Positions 56,361-64,000 of a stretch of DNA of 64,000 nt are shown piece by piece. The DNA lies in contig OX597830.1 of NCBI GenBank assembly GCA_951406725.2, positions 45,198,001 through 45,262,000 of the forward strand, given 5' to 3'. Below the pieces are notes generated by a model. That model saw only the letters and a list, made by a program, of their open reading frames with translations, made no database searches and was not told where the DNA came from. Each line of letters begins with the position of its first letter. The stretch's first letter is position 1. This DNA is from Octopus vulgaris (Eukaryota). A program made the position numbers and the translations under genes.

Positions 56361-56700
56361 TAGTGGAGAAGATATGATATGGCTATGGGCTCGCTCTAGG
56401 CAAGAAGTTGAACATTGGTTTTGCCCATGAAACTACATGGACCCTAAATAAGGCATGTGTAAAATTTGAATGAAATTGGTTGTGTAGTTCTCAAGTTTTA
56501 GGGAATCGTAGTGGAGAAGATATGATATTGCTGTGGGCTCGCCCTAGGCAAAAAGGTAAAAAAAATTTTGCCGATGACACTCCCCGGACCCTAAGTAAGG
56601 CATGTGTAAAATTTGAATGAAATTGGTTGTGTAGTTTTCAAGTTTTAGGGAAACACACAGACAGACAGACAGACACACATTCTCAGTTTTATATATATAT
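56361..56700 (-). repeat. 148-bp tandem duplication within a Helitron-like end
   Basis: tagtggagaagatatgatat...gtagtt.tcaagttttagggaa repeated at 56361 and 56509, followed by (CAGA)n cacacattctcagttttatatat, similar in layout to the end of the 29.6 kb element. Confidence 0.65.
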
Positions 56701-56964
56701 ATATATATATATATACGCACATATGAGTACACAAACATGCCACACCCGCGTATGTATGCATTGTATGTCTGCATGTACGTATTTATATATGAATTTGTGT
56801 ATGTACGCATTTGTGTCTTATGGATGGATGGATGGATGGATGGACAACTGCTCTTAACATCTTTCCTCTTCAAGAAACATACAATAGTCACAAACTGTAG
56901 CGTCTGTAGATTTTTTTTTTATCTTTTGAGAAATTGAGATATTCTTTAGGATATTCTTACTTAC

Positions 56965-57257
56965 CCGTTTCACTGTGAATTAGTTTGTGGTGAGAAAATT
57001 CCAGCCGTGTGATCTCTTTCTTTTTACCGTCTTGAAAGATTTCAAATGTATCAACGTAATCTCCGAATGATAGACGGTCCATCGTAGTACCAGAAACCAG
57101 GAAACAATTGGTCAGGTTCACCGTATACCTTACACTGTGGCCGGACATTAAAGCTCCTGCCAGACTAACCAAATCACGTAACTCCCAGGGTCCTATATAC
57201 AGATTAGCTAACTTCGGTGAATCTTTCTGAAATTTTCGCGATCTGCCAAAACGTAAT
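56965..57257 (-). CDS. Tandem VirK-like domain protein, first identified coding exon (phase 2 in, phase 1 out)
   Basis: Acceptor ttgatttatgttccAG, donor G|GTAAGT, 293 nt. Translates LRFGRSRKFQKDSPKLANLYIGPWELRDLVSLAGALMSGHSVRYTVNLTNCFLVSGTTMDRLSFGDYVDTFEIFQDGKKKEITRLEFSHHKLIHSET(G). ALxSGxSVRxxVNLxxC resembles the VirK N-terminal motif. Confidence 0.85.
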
Positions 57258-57723
57258 CTGGAACATAAATCAACAACAGAATAAGATAAAAATGCAAAAT
57301 ATAGTTAAACGTCTACATATTGGTTTCAAATTATGGCACAAGGCCAGCAATTTCGGAAAAGGGTACCCAATGTTCATCTGGTACTTATTTTACCGAATCC
57401 AAAAAGATGAAAGGCAAAGTCGACCTGGGCGTAATTTGAATTCTGAACGTAAAGACTGACAAAATGGTGCTAAGCAGCATTTTGTCAGTCTCGTTAACGA
57501 TTCTGCCAGCTCTCCGCCTTAGTTAAACGTTTAAATATTAGTATATGTAATTACATAATTACATATTAATACATACAATTACATATAATTACAAATATTG
57601 GTAAATCATATCTTTAGACACGAATGCTATCTAAACTGTTGTATGCAGTGGGTCACAAAGATGAAGTTAGCAAGGTATTGTCACCTCCAACATGTTTGTG
57701 TGTGTGTGTGTGTGTGTGTGTGC

Positions 57724-57798
<75 letters not shown>

Positions 57799-58289
57799 AT
57801 GACAAGTTTGGATGTGTGAGAGGTGAATATATGATATTTATCTAACCACTTGTCATCTTTAGGATTAGAGCTGAATAGTTGGTGTAACATTGATGTTCTG
57901 GTGATTTGATGAACTAACTTCTTTCATCTGCATTGGTCTATGAATATACACTTGTATTGTACGATGCGTTACAGGCATATTAGTCCAGACATGTAAGCAT
58001 AATTTATCATACGCTGAAATTATGAAATGAAGAAGGCTGCGAAACGGCCGTATTCTCAAGGATAACAAGTAGTTCGATAAATATATTTACCTCTCATGCC
58101 TCCAGACTTTTATAGTTTATATATTCTTTATGAAATAATTTCATCGATCGCATCTCCTAGATTTCAGCTCCATGGAACTCTGCATCATACTCTTCTGCAT
58201 TGGATTACTATGTTGTCTGTTAGCTGAGTCTCCTGGAGGAGCTTTCCGTGATAGTCACACGATTCTATGAGCTTATATATTACACTGCA

Positions 58290-58320
<31 letters not shown>

Positions 58321-58768
58321 TACATATATATCTAATCATTAAGAAACGCTTAAAAATACTTTAAATATCTTTCTTTCTTCAACATTTTCAAGATATGAAA
58401 TTCAATAGTGACTTGATTTTATGCATGACAGATAATGATTGTAAAGCCAAGAATATTTTCTCTCGAAATATTGCTCTCCATATATTTGCTGGATTCCTCA
58501 AAATGACCTTTCTGTCGTCCTGTATCAACGTCATTTCATGAACTCTGGTCTCCTGTAAGGACAAGTGGTTTGTCCTCTCATAATCATTTTCTTCAATAAC
58601 TGTCCTCCTATAGTCATTAATAGCACACCATCCTATATTGTCAAGAGAATGCAAGCAATTTCACTTAAATATTTAACGACTACTATCATCATGTGCTGTC
58701 AAAAAAACATTTAAAATCTATTGTTCAAAATAGAGGACTTCAGGTAGCCTTCATTGAGAAGATTGCCT

Positions 58769-58901
<133 letters not shown>

Positions 58902-61900
58902 GGGGTAGGTGGGAGAAACGCTTCTTTAAGCCTCATATTTATAATCTGGGAATGCATACAACGAGCTTCTCTGCACAAGAACTATATACTTTATACTTCT
59001 TATCCTTTATGATCTCAGTTAAAAGTATGACAAAACTTGCATCTTTAGACGAAAAAAATTATTAGTATATCCAAATCCACAGGAAGGAGCCTTTTGAAAA
59101 ATACTTGGTAAATGATATTTTATTATGTGCAAGACACAAGTAATCTCTAAGAAAAATAATAGATGATATCCAGATGGAAATTCTATCCTTGCTAAAAAAG
59201 GAGGTGGATGGAGAAACGCTTCTTTAAGCCTCATATTTTTTTCCTGTCAGCATAACAGACACTGTTATTTATAGCCTGATACTTTTACTTTATCTCAAAT
59301 GAAAGGAAACTTCATACATCCTGTCGTTATATTTTATTTTAAGCGTATTTTGCCTCGTACAAGATATCCTTTACAAGGATAATCTCTTCTGTCACACGTA
59401 CCTCTATAAAACAACCCAAAACTTTCTTATAAACAACTTCAGATCATCTCTTCAAAGTAATTGTCAAGGATCTTTTTTGTAAAGGTGCTTCGATAAATTG
59501 ATTCAGAATACCTTAATGTTCACATCGTACTGAGATGTGTATGTCATTGTCTATATTCGAGCAAAAAAAAGGGCCATTATGACATTTAACGAGCATGGAA
59601 TTTCAAGGAAACATCGTGTAATGTTAACACTAAGCTACATTAGTGTTTAACTTCATTTAAGTTTTAATGTCAGTTCCCACACCCGATTTTACATCTTAGC
59701 TAACAATGCTTATCAAAAACTATCCTACGTTTCTACGTTTCGTTTCTTCTGTATTACATCTACAACTGGCCGACTAAGGTACTCCATTTAAAAAATAACA
59801 ATGACCTTAAATAATGAGAAAATTAGTAGAAAGGGTTGTATGAGAAAATCATTAACGGATGTAATTTAGAGTGAAGAGGGTAGCAACAACAGCGAGAAAG
59901 AAGGAAATAAAAAGTGATGGATCGACTAGCATCAACAAAAGAACTCATTTTCGTCTAATTTTCTTTATTTCAAAATATTGAAATTTCTTAACTATTAAAT
60001 CATTTCCTTAGTTTCGTAGTTTAAAACTAATTCACCAAACTCATCTGCACTGTTGCCCGACATAGTGTTTTATTTTCAAATTGAAATTTTTGTGTAAATT
60101 TATTTTACGCGGCTTCACTGAGCTAATACCATGTTTCACCTAACTCACCGTTCAAAGATGAACCAGAATTCTAGCACTGTTTACCGAGTTTTTACACTCT
60201 ACTCTCCCCATTGCACTAAAGTAACAGAAATTTTAGATAATGTTTTCGTAAAATAATAATATTTAGTTGAAACGAATGGACAAAACTTGTTGGCAAATAA
60301 CAGACTGAATGTTTATCTGCAAGAAAACGTTAGTTTGTTATTTTTTTAATCAACACCCCGTTGACATTTCCGTTACTTTTTATTTCCCAAACCAAACGAA
60401 AATTCCAGGCATGTACATTTGGCATCAGTATTGTAAAATAGATTCCAACAAGGAGGGGGAGCAACGTGATCTTTTGTATATGCAATAAAAATATCCTACA
60501 GACTATAAATAATTACGAAGGGCATCTTGTAACAAGTGCAACGCTCGTTATCTCAGATATTTTGCAACAGAAAAGCCTAAACTTTAAGAAAGAAATTTGA
60601 AATTGCTAATGAAATAGGTAAATGCTAACTATGCGTACGGTACATCAATCATAATATAGCCAGAACTATAGTGAAAGGATTAAAACACAGTTAAGCTAAG
60701 GCTGCAACTGAATAAGAAAGGCTTGGAGAAACGTACGATCTTCACAGTTTTGCATTCACTTTCACTTAAAATGTAAGAAGCCATTAAATCAGATAAGTGA
60801 CAAAACATTACACAGAAGAAGAAATAAAATATTAGGAAAGGTGAAGTTGAACAAAAGCATTCCTTTCTGCCTAACGTCGCTCTTCTAACCTAATAAAAGT
60901 TGTTGAAGGCATGATCGTGGCGCTTAGGTCTCTGCAGTTGCAATCATCATCCAAATTTTTTATTGTCAAACCATATCAAAGACTTTTATAAGGCTTATGA
61001 ATTCTACCGTCAGATCCATGTCCTATCCAGATTGACCTGTGTCCTTTTGAATCAACAAGGGAGTCATCACGAGAAGGTTTCCATATTCTGACCATCAAAA
61101 TGAATAACGCGTTATATGGTACAAGGCGTCACACACTTCATTAGCGTCGTTCTTAATAATGTCCCTTTCAAGAAAAACACCAGCAGCTGTCTAGAAAATA
61201 AATAAAAAGCCAGTAGTTCTCTTATCAACTCTCCAAAACAGTTTGGACTTGAGTACGAATGTTCATGTATATCAAACTAGTAATACTACAGCCATATTGA
61301 AAGGTGCGGAAAATCTTTTACTTGTTCTTCAGACAACTTGAGCAATTCTATTAACATTAAGAGATACGGTCAAGTAGATGTTCTGCAAAGCGCAAATTTG
61401 CCGGGTAGTGAATGCATTCGTTGCCAGCTACTACAATGGCCTGGTCAATAGACATTCTGTGAAGGGGTAAGTTTCTTGAAATAGTCAACTCAGTACCACT
61501 AAGCCAAATCATGGTACAAAGATTAACTCAGGCAATAGTTTTGAATATTATACTTGAAATATTCATTAAGGTTTCGATGTTGACACAATAATTGCTATAA
61601 CCAATACTGACTCGACTTGTTTGAATCTCGCACAATTTCCTTTACCTTAGAAGAAAAAGTTAAGTTTTACTATGTTTATTCCCTTACGTTTCATTTGATG
61701 CAATTTTTAATATTTCATTTGCGTTGAATATTTAACATAAAGACAATTAAAGAAAATGTCGGGAAAGCAGAGGGAAAATCAACCCAATTTCTATTGATTG
61801 AGCTCAATGCCGATGTTGATTAGCTGAAGGTCATCTCTCATAGACTTAACTCTTTCAATATCCAGAATTAGATTATCTCAGGCATGATTTCTTTTAAAAA

Positions 61901-62295
61901 CGAGTGCAATTTTAGAAAGATTTGGCCTCTAGTGCTAGCAGATCAAGAGACTGCGTAAGAAATTCCCAGAGTTTCATTACATTCTGAGTGATAATCCAGA
62001 GTTAAGCGCCAATGCATTACTGACGCTTGTTTCATTCTCGCTGGAAGAATAAAATGTTGCGTACCTCTTCAGAGATGAAACAATGCATTAAATCAATAAT
62101 ATAATAAAACCTGATATATATGATTTAGTGGGAAAATCAATGCGTATGTGAGGTATCCTTTCTACTGTAGGTACAAGGCCTGAAATTTTGAAGAAGGGGC
62201 TAGTCGATTATATCAACACCAGGACGCAACTGGTACTTAATTTATCGTCCCTGAAAGGATGAAAGGCAAAGTCGACCCCTGCGGAATTTAAACTT

Positions 62296-62935
62296 CACAC
62301 CGCCCTTCCCAGAGCACGTTCCGTGGATCGTACATCTGCTCTCTTCCCCAGAACCCGACCTGCCGTCACCCGCCTCCCATTTCCCCTCACCTGCCACCCC
62401 ACTACACTATCTCTCCAACGCACCATTCTCCGAGCATTCCGGCGACTCCAGTCCGATCCCTCCACTTCGCACATCTTCCCTAACCGATCCCTTCCCTCCT
62501 TCAAACGAGCCCACAACCTACGAGGCCTCTTGGTCCACATCTTCTTCCCTAACCCAACCTCCCAACCCGGCTTGTTCTCCTGCTCCCACCCACGCTGCTA
62601 CACTTGCCCTTAGCTCTCCAACACCACCCTCCTCACCGGCACCCGTCATTGACTCTATCACATCACCGACTCCTTCTACCAATATCATCTACTGCATCTC
62701 CTGCTCTCTATGACCTTCTCTATACATCGGGCAAACGAGACACCGCTTGGCTGACCTGTTTGCGGAACACCGCTGAGACATCCGACTCGACGATGACACT
62801 CCGGTCTCGCGACATTTCCGCTCTACCGGTCACTCTTTGCAACACCTGTCCGTGTTCGGATTGTCCTTGCACAGTGGCCATCCGGCTCCCGTTTGCGCTG
62901 TCAATGGGCTCAACTCTCCTCCCCTCTTCATCTAA
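62296..62935 (+). mobile_element. Penelope-like element 3' fragment (GIY-YIG endonuclease)
   Basis: LPFPLTCHP...LQSDPSTSHIFP...FKRAHNLRGLLV...CSHPRCYTC...NIIYCISCSL...LYIGQTRHRLADLFAEH...PVSRHF, with stops and frameshifts. Confidence 0.85.
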
Positions 62936-63542
62936 CCTCCTCCCTTCACCTCTCTCCCCATCACACCTACATCCTCCCACCCACCTCTCCTATCTTGCTC
63001 AGTCTCCTACTTCTCTTCACTCCTACTCTCCTCTCTTCTTTTCACTCCTATCATAATATACAATCCCTCAACGCTTCTATCAACTTTCTAATGAATACCA
63101 TATTTAATGCCACCACTAATAATGAACCTAACACTGGTCCTTCACTAAATGACAATTACTCCACAAATTCATCCCGAACACCACCCATGAACCTATACAG
63201 CTGCAGAGTGATGCCGTCGTGGGATGGTAAGTGGGGTGCTATGCTTAGAGAAGCAAAGCTGAGCTAGGAGGAAAGAATGAACAGGTAGTAGGGGGTGATA
63301 TTGGGGGGGGGTATCGATGGGGAAACCAAAGCCTAAGATAGATAGCTAGATAGATAGATAGATATAGAGAGAGAGAGCAGCAGCAGCAACGACGACCAAC
63401 GAACCGATGACGTTAATGACATTTATAACAAAAACAATAACAACAGAGACAACGACGGAAAAAAAGAGCAAAGAAGACAAAGAGAGAGTGAAAGAGGGAG
63501 GGATAAGCGGGAGGGATAAGCAGGGGGGATAAACAGGAGGGA

Positions 63543-63975
63543 TATATCAATCTTCCAAACTACAGAGAAAGGGTTGAAAAGAAACTAAGGAACGCGCTCA
63601 GAAAGTCTGGCCTCCCTGTAAGAATCACGAGGCCACACCCTCAGACACTATCTCTTGCACAACAACACACAGAACGCAGGCTGTCTGAGCCAACGGACAG
63701 CACCAGGTTATGTTTCCAAACGAGTGTAATATACGAATTGACCTGTTCTTGTGGGGATACATAGATTGGATCGACTAAACAAGAGCTTCATGTCAGAGTG
63801 AAAGAACATCTCAAGGTCACCACCCAGTGCCGTATTCCAACACCACCAACACTGCGATGGAGAATTCTTTACCTGGATACTGGCCAGGGGAACTGATGCT
63901 GTCAACCTCCGAATAAAGGAGCCACATTTCATCAGGAAGAAGGCGTCCAACCTCAACTGGCTCCGGAACCCCTAA
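63543..63975 (+). mobile_element. Second Penelope-like GIY-YIG fragment (different family)
   Basis: INLPNYRERVEKKLRNALRKSGLPVRI...CFQTSVIYELTCSCGDT*IGSTKQELHVRVKEHL...SAVFQH...LRIKEPHFIRKKASNLN. Confidence 0.8.
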
Positions 63976-64000
63976 CCAACGGCAACAGTAATTGTCATGT

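Noticed and set aside
60149-60177. Possible upstream micro-exon (LEFWFIFER) with a GTGAGT donor in phase 2
   Set aside because: The phase is compatible, but the acceptor is weak and there is no start codon or other support.

Overview
AT-rich, intron-rich animal DNA dominated by microsatellites and interspersed repeats. The repeat repertoire (tRNA-derived SINEs, Penelope, Dong/R4, Tx1, CR1-group LINEs, mariner/Tc1, Helitron, very large TA/TATG/TACG arrays) suggests a cephalopod, probably Octopus; this is inference, not a database result. Two host genes are supported, and they converge tail-to-tail. (1) At 3-377 (+) lies the 3' end of a Cys-loop/nicotinic acetylcholine receptor-like gene (M3-M4 loop plus M4). 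(2) At 57257-32577 (-) four phase-compatible GT-AG exons, assembled by hand, encode about 281 aa made of two tandem domains resembling the bacterial VirK family; the first coding exon was not found. One intron of the second gene holds a Penelope remnant with a nested Hsmar1-like mariner and two tandem hammerhead-ribozyme motifs. A roughly 1 kb spacer-less palindrome sits at 12.66-13.66 kb. Almost all long ORFs in the supplied track are translations of simple repeats and are not genes.
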